Positions 26,770-41,252 of a stretch of DNA of 64,000 nucleotides are shown here, one piece after another (within the stretch, counting starts at the first letter, position 1; each line of letters begins with the position of its first letter). A model generated the notes under the pieces. That model was not told the origin of the DNA. It saw only the letters and a list, made by a program, of their open reading frames with translations, and ran no database searches. A program made the translations under genes and the position numbers. The stretch is from Octopus vulgaris (taxonomy: Eukaryota), in NCBI GenBank assembly GCA_951406725.2, contig OX597817.1, forward strand, positions 118,482,001 to 118,546,000, given 5' to 3'.

Positions 26770-28380
26770 AGTCACAATATTCTCACGAGATATAGGAATA
26801 GAGCATGGGTAGGATAAAGGCTCATACATGATAGTCAACTGACTGTCGACTTGGCAGAGATCATGTACATCAACGGCTTGTCTATCTCCTCCATTTCTAA
26901 TGATGAAAGCTACAAACAGCTCGGAATTGATGAGAATGTTGCCTACATTGGTGCTGTGACTAAAACTAGAATAACAAAAGAGTACTTCTCTAGACTCCTG
27001 AAAATATGGAACTCAGAGCTGTTTGCATTTCACAAGACCATATCACACAATGATTTAGCAGTACCAGTGATAGTACAAATATTTGGGATATTGAACTGGA
27101 CACTCGATAAGAAACGTAGCGTAGCTATCAGAACCAAGAAGATACTGACCGCTACTAGTCACTTCCACATTAACAGTGACGCTGATAGGATTTATGTGAC
27201 ACTGACAGGAGGAAGTGATAGCAGTAGAGACATAAGCCTTTGAATGTTGCATTGGATCACTCAGACAGCACCTGCTGAACATTAAAGAAAGAAATGAGTA
27301 TATTCCATGCATACTGAAAATTGAGAGTAACAACATTTTCCGTGTTGGAGAAGACCTACTGTGCCGTTACTTGGAGTATAACTGTCTCATGCGACCCAAA
27401 GGAGGCTAGACAGGCTTACTTAAACGGAACCTTGAAGAAGAAGTAGGCACCACGCCAACGGAAAGCAATGCATATCCCGTTAACTAGAGGGATACAACAG
27501 CATTGACAGGGAAAGTATCCTCTCCAGGAACCGTGATAAATACATTACATTCTACCCAAAATGATATATCTTCACTATCCTGGGACAGGAAATGGCTATT
27601 AAATACCTAATAAACAAAAAAGGACAAGTTTAACATCAAACCTCCATGTTTTGATAAAAAGAAATATTGCCTCTGCTATACCAGTGTGGAAGATATCAAC
27701 CACATCATCAGCAGTTGCCCCAAAATGTCTACCATGTACTGCCTCCCTCTCATGGATGATATTGTTGCAAAGACTATTTATAATGCTACGTGTAGGAAGG
27801 CCTGTCCTGGCGTGTACATCAAATGCATGTCAGAGCTATCAGGTATTCACATCTTTAAAAACCAGGAATACTGATGGAACATCCCAATAAAAACATTAAT
27901 TCAGTGCAAACATAACACAGCTGATAGTGTTCTACGAGACAGAGAAAGTCATACACTGCTGTAGAGGTCGCTGCCCAGTAGATGTAAATATACATTCACT
28001 AGTCTAGGAAAAAGAGAACATTTATGACATATTAATATGGAACTTACAGCTCTTGTCCTCTGATTATGAATACTCACATGTACTTATCATTATAGGTGCA
28101 TTAGGTGATGTACCAACAAAGTTGCACAAAAATCTAAAAACACTTGGTTTCACAGAAAACGTGTAAACGAAACGCTGATTCTCGAAATCCAATCTATTAG
28201 TGGCGCGGTGAAGATGTGTAAGACATTCCAGAAATTCTCAATGTGAGATTCTAATGTGAACAGATGCACACACTTGCGCGTATGTATCGAGAGTTCAGCT
28301 AAAACACCAATTTAACCACATGTTTATAAACATCGGGGCTCTCTTAACTCAAGTATCGAAATCCCTCAAGAACTTAAATT
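26770..28380 (+). pseudogene. Decayed R4/Dong-like LINE (3' half)
   Basis: SYKQLGIDEN..KEYFSRLLKIWNSEL..LAVPVI..GILNWT..HFHINSDADRIYV; CLC..EDINHIISSC zinc knuckle; IIIGALG; many stops. Confidence 0.8.
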
Positions 28381-28579
28381 AAACATACACACACACACAT
28401 ACATACATACACACATACATACATGCACGCATGCATGCATCCATCCATACATACATCCATCCATACATACATACATACATGTACGCATGCATGCATACAT
28501 ACATACATACATACATACATACATACATACATACATACATACATACATACGTGCGCATTGTGCATGTATATTTGTACTC

Positions 28580-29280
28580 AGCCATAAGATATTATTTTGC
28601 ATCATCTTTGTCAAAAGTCAGAGCCGAATCTCGAAGTTGACAGCTTGGAAAGATATTAATAGTAAACGGATTTTCGTTGCACTTCTTATTGATTGATAAG
28701 AAGGTCAGGACATCAAATATTACTGAACAAAAACTTCAAACTTACAGTCTCCTTTTTCATTGACAGACATGATATTGAATATTTTACTGCGCATAGCCGT
28801 AACTGCAAATGGCCCGTTTTGCAATAGTAGCCAACATTGATGATAGAAACATCTAGTCAACTGACAAGACAAAACTGTACAAAATCAAGAATTATATTGA
28901 CCATGACTGAATACAGAATTCTTGAAACAGACAGGTCTATTGGGTAATTCAGTTCTCTTTACCTTGCAAAATTGGATTCTCCGAGCTAATTCTATTTACC
29001 ATTATGAGACATTTAGACATACAGCTGACGCCATTAAATTTGCAGACTCTTCATAAAAACATAATGAATGCGCCAAGAATGCCATTTCAGTATTTCGGAT
29101 AATAAAAGACATCGACCGGCTCTTAATATATTTTTCATTATTTGCTTATGCCTGAGTTATTTCTGAAAGTTTTAAAGAATCACAAATGTGTGATGTGTGC
29201 TGCGTCCCGTGTAGAAATTCAAGACAAGCAGGTTTTATATAACTTCAGTAAACAGCGTTGTTAGGTGCTAGTGACAGTTA
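28580..29280 (+). pseudogene. piggyBac-like transposase remnant
   Basis: SRISKLTAWKDIN..RIFVALL, KLYKIKNYID (cf. LYKIRP..D), KCVMCA (cysteine-rich tail-like); heavily decayed. Confidence 0.4.
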
Positions 29281-31124
29281 GGAACAATACTAGCATCGCA
29301 AAAATCCAAAAAATTCAAATGCAACATAGATTTTCATTTCGTGTCAGCAATTACAGATGACGTTAGGGTGTGTATGTGGGTGTAGCTGTTCGCGCGTGAG
29401 AAAGAATGAAAGGGAGGAAGAAAGGGTGGAAGAAAGAGAACGATAAATAGTTTTATGTTTTAGATGGCAATAGACTTAATGCGTCGCTCTGTTTAACAAT
29501 ACCTCACACCTGCATTGAATACGGTTCACGTTGTTTGCAAGCATTTATTCTGACGATAAATTGCTATTATCTTCCCTTATTCCCATCAGGCTCTTTATAA
29601 AATAATAGGTGTTCCCTATGTAATTAATGTATGGGTCATATCACATGAGATATTACAAAAAAAATATTGTATGAAAAATAAAGCATGTCATATTGTATGA
29701 AAAAATAAAGCATGTGTCGATGTGGAACGGAAATTATCCAGTATTTGCTTTATTGTTTGTTTGCTTTTTGTTCTATAAATAGAAATTTAATATATCCAAG
29801 AAATATAATGCGAAAATAGGATATTTGTGTATTTTACAATATCTTTCACGTAGTAAATGAATTATATTTTCTCCAGCCTGTAATCGAAATCGCATTATAG
29901 ACTCAGAACAAACTGAGATTTTGTGTTACTGTACGTAGGTCACCGTATATACAATTCCAATATTACAGTGAATTGTGTATTATCATTTTCCTTTTGAATT
30001 ATTTAAATAAGTATCAATTTCTTTCAGGTGCAATACTTTTTTCCAGATATTAATTTTACGATATAATTACTTGAAAATTCTTTCTTTCTGTTTTTGTTCC
30101 TTTGGATAGAAGTTGGGGCATCTGTCAAGAAATTCAATTTAAATTTTATAAATGTTTATAATTATATTACATTTCATTACGAATAGAGAAAAAAACATTT
30201 TCTGTCTGCGTATTTTTGAAAAATTTTAAAGCAATTTCGGTTTCTTTCCTTAATTTATTTTAATTGAATATATACGCCTGACTAAATTAAATTCTGCAAA
30301 AGCAAGAAACATTTTTTGATACTTATTTTCAATCCACAACTTCAGTTAGCTATAAAGGAATATATAACGGTTTCTCTGTCATTGCCAACAAAAACTGAAT
30401 GATTTATTTTAAAATTCATTTTATTTTTACCAATGTTTGTTCCTATCTTTCTTAAATAAGACACGCACACAAACATATATACATATATGCACATATGTAC
30501 GTATGTATATATGTATGTATGTATGTATGTAATCATGTATGTATGTATGTATGTATGTATGTATGCATGTATGTGTGTATGTATGTAAGTGTGTTTGCAT
30601 GAATGCACACATTTATGTATATGATTTGTGTATGTGTGTCTATTCATTGTACGAGTTTACAGTACCTGTTACGCTAATTTTAATTTTATAATGAAGTGTG
30701 CCTAGGTTAGCGTACGTGTGCCAACCTTACTCAAAGTTACCCACTTTGATTAACCTTTTCTATAGAAAGTATATTTTGGTTAACTAAATAATAGGAAGAC
30801 CGATAAAAATAGATATTCAGTCTGTTGCTTTATGTTATATGGAAATAGTTATTTCTAACCCTTTCTTTGTAAAATAGTCAATCAAGTATAAGTTTTTGCT
30901 TATAATACATTTATTTGTTCAATTAAATTTGTCAGAACACTGTTTAAACTTACAGTATTGAATCCTAGTTTCGTTTTGCTTACGGTGAAAGTTGATATAT
31001 TTTGAGCAAAGTAAACGATGAAATAAGTAATGTTCATATATTAACCAAGAAGAATAGCATGCCAAATAAGAGTAAATGTCTACAATAGAAACCTAATTGA
31101 TGCACAACAAACATCATTACTTAC

Positions 31125-31292
31125 ATGAAAAATTTTGATTTCTTCTCCAATAAGTATTATTTCAAGACATATAAACACCTTGATACCGTCGGTATCTACA
31201 TATCAAATTTAAGCGCAATCGGATGGAGGATGCCCGAGATCCTAGAAGATACATACACACACAGACAGAACGGATTTTATATAATAGATAAG
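31125..31292 (+). mobile_element. Helitron/Helentron-like non-autonomous 3' end
   Basis: caaatttaagcgcaatcggatggagg..cacacacagacaga..ttttatataatagat architecture. Confidence 0.45.
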
Positions 31293-31985
31293 ACAGAAAT
31301 TACACGATAAAAAAATCATAATTGTTTAAAGACTATCAACAGCATTAATTTTACATGTAATGTAAAAGAATATATTAGCTAACTTGTTATATTTGCAAAT
31401 AGGTTTGCTAAATTCAAATAATTTTGAGGGCAAACAGTTAATTCAGATCTTTTAAACAGGGTTGTTTGATTAGAAGTGAACAGAAGAAATATTCTAAAAG
31501 CAAAGCAGAATGTCATCAGAAATGTCGTAAACTATGTCATTATGCTTTCCTCGTGTTCTTGCGTTATATTATCTGCTAAATAGATATGATACAAGGTTGA
31601 ATTAAAGATCTACTAGCGTGAAAATCAGTGAGTCAGTAACAAGATTCCTTTGAACAGAAAGACGTGTCAAAAGCTTCGACAAGAATTTTTTTACCACCGC
31701 GTATATTGGCTCAACTAAAGTGGAATAAAAAAGGATTTTTTCGATTCTTCAAAGTATTCTTGATTTTACCCCTATTTCCCAAAGTAATCGTGACAATAAA
31801 CAAAAAAAACCTTAAAACACAAAAATAGATATCGTTCATTTCAGATTTAGCGTAGCTATAGCACTAAGGCTTAGCTTAACCGCGTAGTGTTGTATTTTAA
31901 AAAAGTAATTCGAAGAAAGCTTGTTTCACACTTGATAACATTTGAAACATGTACATTAAAGTCAGTTTGATCACGCACACGCACT

Positions 31986-32024
31986 CATTATTATTAATAT
32001 TGTTATTATTATTATTATTATTAT

Positions 32025-32106
<82 letters not shown>

Positions 32107-32131
32107 GGTGGTGGTGGTGGTGGTGGTGGTG

Positions 32132-32190
<59 letters not shown>

Positions 32191-32214
32191 TGTAGTAGTA
32201 GTAGCAGCAGCAGC
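31986..32214. repeat. Compound trinucleotide microsatellite (TTA)(GTA)(GTG)(GTA)(GCA)
   Basis: Directly visible. Confidence 0.95.
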
Positions 32215-32308
32215 ACATTTTCATCGGGACACTCTAAATGGTGTCAAATCTTCTATTCCCCTGTACGTTTCTCACAAGAGATGCTCTCTAGGTATCTTTT
32301 CAATGATA

Positions 32309-33563
32309 CGAGTTGGTATCAAGCATAACTTATTTTAACATCTTGGAAATAGTCAGCTTGTGCAGCAATGCGCCGGTTCCAGCATTCCTGTCACTTTTGA
32401 AGTCCAGCCTGGAAATCCTTTTCCATAAGCGAATCGTGGACCTTCTTCAATTCGCTGTGGATTTTGTCACTGGTGTTAAAATGACGTCTTTTGAGCTGCA
32501 TTTTCCTCTTAGGGAACAGATGGAAGTCAGGTGATGATAAATCTAGTGAATAGGGTGGGTGCGAAGGCGATGCCATGTTGTCTTTGGCAAGAAGCGCAAG
32601 AGTAAGGAGAGCCTGTTTACAGGGTGCATTATCGTCGTGAAGAATTCAACTCCATAGATCTGGTCGCTTTTGCTGAATTTCCTTCCTCAAACACTTCACA
32701 ACGTCGCTGCAGAACTCTTGATAGACCGTCTGGCCCTTGGGGACTAATTCTCGATGCAAAATACTGCGAATGTAAAAAAAAAACGTTAAGCCCGCTCTTG
32801 ATTGAGCTTCGATGCTGTTGTGCCTTCTTCGGTCGTGGAGGTGAAGGTCCCTTCCATTGCGATGACTGCTGATTTGTCTCTGGTTCGTACCCATAAACCC
32901 AACTCTCGCCACTGGTGATAATTCCCGATATAAACGATAGGTTATCAACGGCAAGCTGACCGAGATTTCGACAGGCTTCGATGCGATGTTCTTTCTGCTC
33001 AGTGGAAAGCAGGCGGGATTCAAACTTGGCAGAGGCACGCTGCATGTCCAATTCAGATGTTAGGATTGCCTGCACAGACTCACACGACAGACCAACAACA
33101 TCAGCAATGTCATTGACTGGCCTGCAACGATCGTCATACACAAGCTGATGAATTTTTGCCACCTTTTGGTGGGGTGACGCTCGTGGAAGGTCTTGCAAAT
33201 CACTCGTTGTCTTCCAGAGACGTTCTTCTGCTTTTGAAGTGCCCGTGTCACTCGAGATATTGCGTACGATCCTTTGCCTCTCCGAAGCATGTTCACTATG
33301 TCAGTAAGAGACGTCCAAAGTTTAACGCAATATTTCACATTGGCTCTTTCTTTCAACTTCCTGTCCATGACAAAATCACAGACTACAGCATACACGTGAT
33401 CACAAAAAACGCAAATTTCACAACTTGTGAAGTAATCACAGCAATGTCACTTGGCATACTGCCTCATGAAGGTCACTGGTAGCTCCTACTCTGCCCGCGA
33501 CCGTGTGCTGCCATCTGCTGGAGCGCTACAGAACTAGTCCGAGAACCTTTTGATACCACCTCG
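32309..33563 (-). mobile_element. Full-length decayed mariner transposon
   Basis: TA|CGAGTTGGTATCAA ... TTGATACCACCTCG|TA; minus strand MDRKLKERANVKYCVKL, ITSGESWVYGYEPETNQQSSQWK, HPPYSLDLSSPDFHLFP; frameshifted. Confidence 0.92.
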
Positions 33564-34350
33564 TATTGTAGTATAAATACAACACACATGTCGTTCTAAT
33601 AATATGGCACTCTGAGCGCTTATGTACATGTTGCTCGATTATCTCCGACAGACTGAAATAGTGTTAGAGAAACTTTTGAAAAATTGAAAAACAAAACGAC
33701 AAGAAATTGTATTGTTTCTACTGAAGATGTTTACTCAGAATATTCGTGATAAGAGATCAGAAGAACTTTAACACAAGAAAATATATCAGTCTGTTAATCT
33801 AATTGTCCACACATAATGATCATGCTATACCTAATTACTGCAATAGTTTTTACAGCTACAATTGTTTTAATTTCTTGTTCAACGTTCCCTTTGGTTGTAA
33901 ACTAGAATCCCAAGGTCATATTGACAACGTTTAGAAAACTACCGCCAATGCTTCGCTTTAGAATATCATTATTTATGAGTTTGTAAAGTTTTAATTCATA
34001 CTCCACCATGGCCATAATAGAATTAACTATTTCTGAAGTAAGGTTTTTAATATAATTAAGAATATTAATTTTATCTTTCATCAAAGTAAACGTATAGGTG
34101 ATGTTCTATCTTTAACCCTTTAAGCCAACAGCACAGCAGTTAAAGATTTTAGATTTCAAGCGTTTTGGGTGGGTTTTTTTTTCTTTATAAGATAACAAGT
34201 TATTGAATTTAAGTATTCAGTAACTAAGCGTTTAAAAATCAGCTACGTCGCTTTCACTGAAATGTTAAACTTTCCTTTTATTTTAACTTCGATATGTTAG
34301 CTCGAATATTACATCTTATGAAATTCTAATGAAATTTTGCCATTATACCT

Positions 34351-34408
<58 letters not shown>

Positions 34409-35026
34409 AAATATAAATATGTAACGACAAATTTTCATTAGTATACATATATAAAATACGAATGTAAAAGTAAATATTTACATTTTATTTTCTATTTATA
34501 TCATGCTATTTGTTCCATATCATATAACACAATTTAACCAATGTTCGAATATTTCTTTCCTTATATCTACTGTTTAATAAAATTATAATACCAAATTAAC
34601 AATATTAGTTTACTGCGAAAACAATTTTAGAAAGGCAAATGAAATTTGATTAATTCAGCAAAGCACTTGATATATTTTATAAGAACGTATACGAACAGTC
34701 ATAGATATATTTATAGCATATATATATTTTTGATAATTAGAATATATTTTCAGAGACTACACAAAATATGTTTATAAATTGAATTGTCATATCTCAGAAA
34801 GGTAATATTTCTGTGTAGTAGTTATCAGTAGAACCATCATCTACTGATAATGAAAGCAATATTTTCACATCGGTTTTAATATGAGAGCAAAAACAAAGTA
34901 CGGTGTATCCCTTAAGAGTTTGTTATCAATGACGATAGCTTTCATTATCTTATAATATATATATATATCATATTGACAGGTATACATATACATATATAAA
35001 TATATATATGTACTCATATAATTATA

Positions 35027-35240
35027 GATAGTTAGATAGGTAAGTAGGTAGGTAGGTACATAGATCGATAGATAAACAGACAGACAGACAGATAGACAGA
35101 CAGACAGGCAGACATATAGATAGATATATAGATAGATAGATAGATAACTAGGTAAATGGGCAGGTAGGTGGGTAGATAGGTACTATGTAGGTAGGTACAT
35201 AGATAGACATATGGATACATAGATAGACATATGGATACAT
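35027..35240. repeat. Compound (GATA/GGTA/GACA)n microsatellite
   Basis: Directly visible. Confidence 0.9.
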
Positions 35241-35279
35241 AGATAGACATATAGATAGATCTTCAACTCTATGTTAAGC

Positions 35280-38100
35280 AGAGTGATGGGCCTGAAATTT
35301 CTATAATTTATTTGGGTCCTTTCTAAGCAGCGTTACCACTGCCCGGCTGACAGATCTGGGTATAAACTCATTCTGTTGCCAGTTGGCAAAAACGAATGCC
35401 AGTAGGTGTCCGAACAAGTCTAGCACACTGTTATAAACTTGTAGGGAAAACCATCTAGCCCCAGTGACTTGTCCCAGCTAGTTCGACAAAACCTCCTGCA
35501 CCTCCGCAGCTGTGATCTGGAAGTGCACTCCACTTCCCGCTCTGAGAGACGCAGCACGCCAGCGAGGAAGTCCGTGAGGTCCCTCCTCCATTCTGGCTTG
35601 CCGCCCCTCCCGAAAAGCAGGGCGAAATGCTCCTGAAAGACCTTACACATTTCCTCGGGTTCGTTTACCAAGTTCCCTTGATTATTCATCAAAGACCTTA
35701 TAGTGCCATTATTGTCACATTGGGTCTCTATCATACGGGCTCATACCGCAGCTTTGATTCCTTCCCAACCCAATGCATGTTGCTTGGCCCTGACTACGCA
35801 TCTTCCTTTTTGGCCTCAAGATGATTGCTAAGCGACATTCTCCCAGCTAAAACTCGGGGCGCGGACCCAAATTCCTGTGCTTCGTCTAGAGCCTTTCAAC
35901 TCTATTTTACTTAGCCACTAATTATTTGCTATACCTAATAAACTCAAATGTTATGGCTCTTTTGAGGGCGTACCACCATTTGTTGTTAATAATAGCACCA
36001 TACAAGCTCTCATCACTAACTGTCTAATCCGATTCCTGTATTGCTCATGAGCCAAAAGTGACTTATTGAGATTGCAGTACCTGACAGGACACAGATTTGT
36101 GATCAGTGTAGCTGACATAGTGAAATTGTGAACGACTAACGAGGTTTTTGTCTATTTCCCAAATTAGAAACATGTCAAAATAAGATCTAGATGACCAATC
36201 GCTATTATTCCATGTCCACAATTCAGCATCTGGTACATCTAGTCTGTACCTTTCTGCCATCTGAAACCGACTGAGCAAATTATTGAAGCACATGTTTCTT
36301 CTCCTGAGGATCCAACGTACTCTACGCGTGCATCGCAGATTACGTTAAAGTCACCTAACATTACTATGGTGTGAGATATCCCAAGAAACTTCTCCAGGCC
36401 CCGAAAAATATCAGACTGTCCAGTTCCCGAAGGAGTATAGACAGCTACCAGCCAGATGACCTTACCCCAGCTTAGTGTCACGTCCAGAACGACCAGCCTA
36501 CCTTCCAGGTCGATGAAGATAGTTTTTGTCTCTCAATCCAGGTTTTCCTGACCAATACAGCAACGCATCTCCCTTCTCCAGACAGGCATGAAGAAATAAT
36601 TTTTTCGTAGCCATTTAGGTGCCGAGAAATCTCTTTGATTACTCAGTCTGGGCTCTGTGGCAACTATAATATCCATTCTATGCGACCTGAGGTCATTAAC
36701 GAAACGACGTTGCTTCCACTCTGACCTCAAGCTGCGTACATTCAAACACTCTACATTAAGAATATACATAATGTTTATACTTACAGTTTGAGATGGGATG
36801 GTAGGTCCATCTCATTCCTTTTGTTTTTCGTCCGGGGCTTGCGAGATGTCATTGTCTAGACCCTCAAACATAACAAGGGGAAGGTCTTTCCGCAGAGGGC
36901 CCATGTTTTTAAATCGATTTGCCAACATGTTTTAATTGGCTCTGTCTATTTTATAAATAGTAATAATTTGGGGGATGAGCTTTCCTTAGTAGTCTTTGGT
37001 TACGTTGGACGCATTTAGTATGTCTTTTTGTCGATGCAGTAGTTAATTGTTACTCGTTGCTACTGCAGTATAATCCATGTCTAGATGGGTGGAGAACATT
37101 TGGAGTTGGGAGCTTTTTTGTGTAGTTGTGTGATCTGTTCCTTTTTTGTTTTTTGATGTCGGGCTAGTGGGGTTGGATGAGGGTCTTTTTCTGGAGAAAA
37201 TTTTCCACCTTTCGCCTCTTCCTCGGTTTATTTTCCGATGTTTCATCCTGCGTTTCACCTGTAGCTTCTGTATTTTTCTTCAGGTGGGTAAGTCGCTACT
37301 CTTTCTGGAAGAAGTTTGCACTCGACCCTAAGGTGGTCTTTTCGACTGCACTTGTAGCAACGAGGCATCCTTCCCTCTACCGTGACTCGCAGCTTAGTCT
37401 CCCCCGCCTGTATAGTTTCTATATTTTCTAAATCAGCCGGGGCAGCCTACATAATTATTTCGATGCCTTCTCCTTGCCAATTCTGTAGTCCAAGCGCTGA
37501 GGCTTGGAGAATTGTGATCTCATCCTCCGAGCCGTTTATCATGGCTGCCACCAGCCAAGCGGGATATACTTCGGGTGGGATGTCTACTATCTTAATCTTG
37601 GAATGCTATCTTCCAAGATAATTAGGTAGCAGTACCAACTCCTGCGTTTTTAATGATGTCGTCGACGCTTCCTTTGCTTCTTCCTCGGTTTTTAAACGGA
37701 CTCCTATAGTGGCATATTTCCACTCCTCTTGTGATGTATATCACGTCATTCCAAACTGGACGGAGGCACATCACCACCGCCTCTTTACTTGCGTTATCCA
37801 GTTTTTGTTTTTTTTTGCTTTGGTCACAAATGATGTATATATCATGGTACACCGCAGTGCATTCTGCGTCGTCTTAACAGGAGGTTTAATCACTGTCTCG
37901 CTCCCCTCCCTTTTCATCATACCTTTGTATTTTCCGAGGTCATCGCTTCCACAATTTATTGTCATTTTCAGACACCGGCCGCTGCTGCAAAATTGCTAGA
38001 TTTTCTTCCTTGGATAAACTCTTCTCCTGTTGGCATGCTACCTTCTCCGCTCCTGATATCTTCACTTGTACCAGGTTCTCTACTGGTCTTGGTTTTAATA
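35280..38100 (-). mobile_element. Tx1/L1-clade LINE: ORF1 and N-terminal ORF2, 3' part missing
   Basis: ORF1 remnant from MPTGEEF (~38036) with CYKCSRKDHLRVEC knuckle (~37317-37360); ORF2 APE motifs LNVRSL, VAVYTP, LGDFN, WTW, YTDHK; RT start KSLGLDGFPY. Confidence 0.85.
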
Positions 38101-38558
38101 GGTGATTTATCCTTTTATTTTATTTATTTATTTATTTATCTGAAAAATACAACAATATTTTTTTCTCATTCACACAAGGGAGAAATCGTTAAAAAAGGTC
38201 TACCGCAAGCAGAAAAATAGATGTTTAATGAACACTCAACAAAAGTTCAACAGTGCAGATTCAACAATTAAATACAAATATTACAACTTACGCCAAAACT
38301 TTCGAACAAAGCACAAAAAAATTACGATTAAATCGGTCAGAGATGATTGGATTAACGGTAAGAAAAATATAAAAAACGTCAGTATTAATTTATTTTTGCA
38401 TTTGGGCAAGTCTATGCCTGTATTATCAGAAAATTTCAAAACAATGTTTAAGAAATTCAAAATTTTACAAAAGTCCGGTACAAATTTTTCATGGTTCAAA
38501 ACGTTGCTTACTTTTTACTCAAACTGTTATATATATATATACATACATGCATACATAC

Positions 38559-38631
<73 letters not shown>

Positions 38632-38946
38632 AGTGTGTATATATACATACATACTTATTTGTAAATGCACTTGTGCACGTGCATAAGAGAACATAATCCA
38701 CAAGAGTACTAAATTCATAGAATATGGATATGCTTATATCCTAGATTATCTACACACCACCCAAAACCCCCTGCCTGTAAGAGAACGCATTTGTATGTCT
38801 ATGCATATCCTGTTCTACCTTCCGGATCTGTTACTTGTTCTGCAGTTCTTGATTTAGAAACGTAAATCTATCTATCTATGCATATTATATATATATATAT
38901 ATATCTTTCTCTTTATGTCTTTTTCTCTTTCTCTCCTTTTTTGCTA

Positions 38947-38977
<31 letters not shown>

Positions 38978-39019
38978 ATATATTTATATATATATATATA
39001 TATATATATACATACATAC

Positions 39020-39062
<43 letters not shown>

Positions 39063-39079
39063 CATAAATACATACATAC

Positions 39080-39109
<30 letters not shown>

Positions 39110-39113
<4 letters not shown>

Positions 39114-39822
39114 AAGGGTAAAATTAATTAATTAGTAATTAATAATTCCACCAAGTAGTATTCGGCATGTTAAATGGACCATTTTCGGTAAACTTAAACA
39201 ATATTTTCTTTTTATAATTATAAGTATAATTATAATTAGGGTTCAGCAAAAAATTTTATTAACCACATACCGAACTTTAGAAATAGCAGCCAAAAAACTT
39301 AGCTATTTCCTCTACTATAAGAAGCAACTCCTAGATAACAAATACTCAAAACAACCTACGTAGGCATAGAGGAAAAAGCGAAAAGTCAATCAGTATTTGA
39401 TTACTTGTGGACGCGTTTCTGAGTTAGATAGATATGAAAATGCAGCATTCACATTTTCATTCGATCATTTTCTTCATCACTACAAGATTTCAATCCTTTA
39501 AATTTGAGAGTACTGAAAAAATTAAACATACCTATCTGATCCAAGTAACATCAGAGAAACTATATCCAATGACCAGTACTAACGCATTCACGGAGAATAC
39601 GAGACATCATTCGTATATTTTGAATTCGTTAGTACTAGTCATTGGATATAGTTTGTCTGATGTTACTTGAATCAGATAGGTATGTTTAATTTTTTCATTG
39701 CTCTCAAATTTAAAAGATTGAAATCTTGTGCTGAAGAGAATGATCGAATGAAAATGTGAATGTTGCATTTTCATATCTATGTGGTTAAGCAAATTTTTTG
39801 CTAAACCCTAATTATAATTATA

Positions 39823-39825
<3 letters not shown>
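39110..39825. mobile_element. Penelope-like foldback element with hammerhead halves
   Basis: Inner arms 39428-39590 / 39621-39780 and outer arms 39223-39269 / 39778-39824 are reverse complements; flanked by (TA)n; HHR motif 39404-39486 (minus). Confidence 0.8.
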
Positions 39826-39877
<52 letters not shown>

Positions 39878-40573
39878 ATGTTTGGGTAGGTGTGTGAGTA
39901 TTTCTGATAAGTAAGCCTATACTTAAAGAAGAGATAAGTTATGCTTATTACATCAAACGTCAGTTTACTTTGGTTTCTTCTAATGACTGGTCACAAAGGT
40001 AAATGTTAAAAAGAAACTCTAGTTATATTTACACACTTTTCTAAAAGAAATTTCTGTTTAATTTCACGTTATTCTATATTTGGCATGTGTAGAAACAGGA
40101 CGAACCGACCGGTTGAGAGTAAAATATATGAAGCATCGTTTTAGAACAAAAAGTGAATCAGTGCAGACGACATAACTCTCAGATTAGTGTGTGTGTGTGT
40201 GTGTCCATGTGTGTGTGTGCATGTGTGTGTGTGTGTGTGTCTGTGTCCGTGTGCATTGGTTTATGTTATATAGTTTATGACTAACTAAGCCCCTCGGTGT
40301 TTTGGGCGTGCATGTAATTTGATGCCTAATTTCCATTCTAACAAAATAAGCTTTCTCAAAAGAAAAGGATTTCGAATTTCCATATAATTGTCTCTTTGGA
40401 TTTGACAACTGCCCGATATCATTGGCATTTCTTACATCGTACAAGAAATCGCTACTAAATCGTTGCTAACATATAATAGAAATAGAGTTCAATCAATCTG
40501 TCATGTTATCTGAGTGTTTGTATGACATTTTAAACTGTTTGAAATCGAAAATAAATTATAGATCTATCTATCT

Positions 40574-40649
<76 letters not shown>

Positions 40650-40692
40650 ATGTGTGTGTGTGTATGCATGTATCTATCTATCTATCTATCTA

Positions 40693-40771
<79 letters not shown>

Positions 40772-41252
40772 CTCTGTGTGTGTATAAATATTGTATCATT
40801 TTGTGTGTATCATGGCCACTTAAGTCTCAAGTATCATCAGAATAGGAAAGACAACATGGAGGAAAAACGGATTGGAAGATGACAGTGACAAAGATGAAAG
40901 GCGAGAAATAGCATTTATTTGAAGCAAAATAAAGCTGTTTTTCTGCTTGTTGGTTCACACTCAGTAACGTTTGAATATGGTAATTCAACTAATACTGGTA
41001 ATGTGGTAAAATGTGCACGAGATATATAAGGAGAAGAGGAGATAATTTCTCCGTTGCTTATAATATCTTAAAAGATGAGAAGTGGGTGAAATGGATGATG
41101 ACGAGAATAATAAGACGTTGCCACGATCGATTGACGTGATTGAAATGGATAGTGATTTTAGTAATGTAAGATGTCTTTGAAGTTGCTGTTGTATTCTATT
41201 TTGAACATTCTCAGCATCGTGACTGTTACAAATATGTATGTCTGTGTGTATA

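Noticed and set aside
33715-33755. CTGAAGA..GAAT motif
   Set aside because: No GAAA box and no convincing stems I or III
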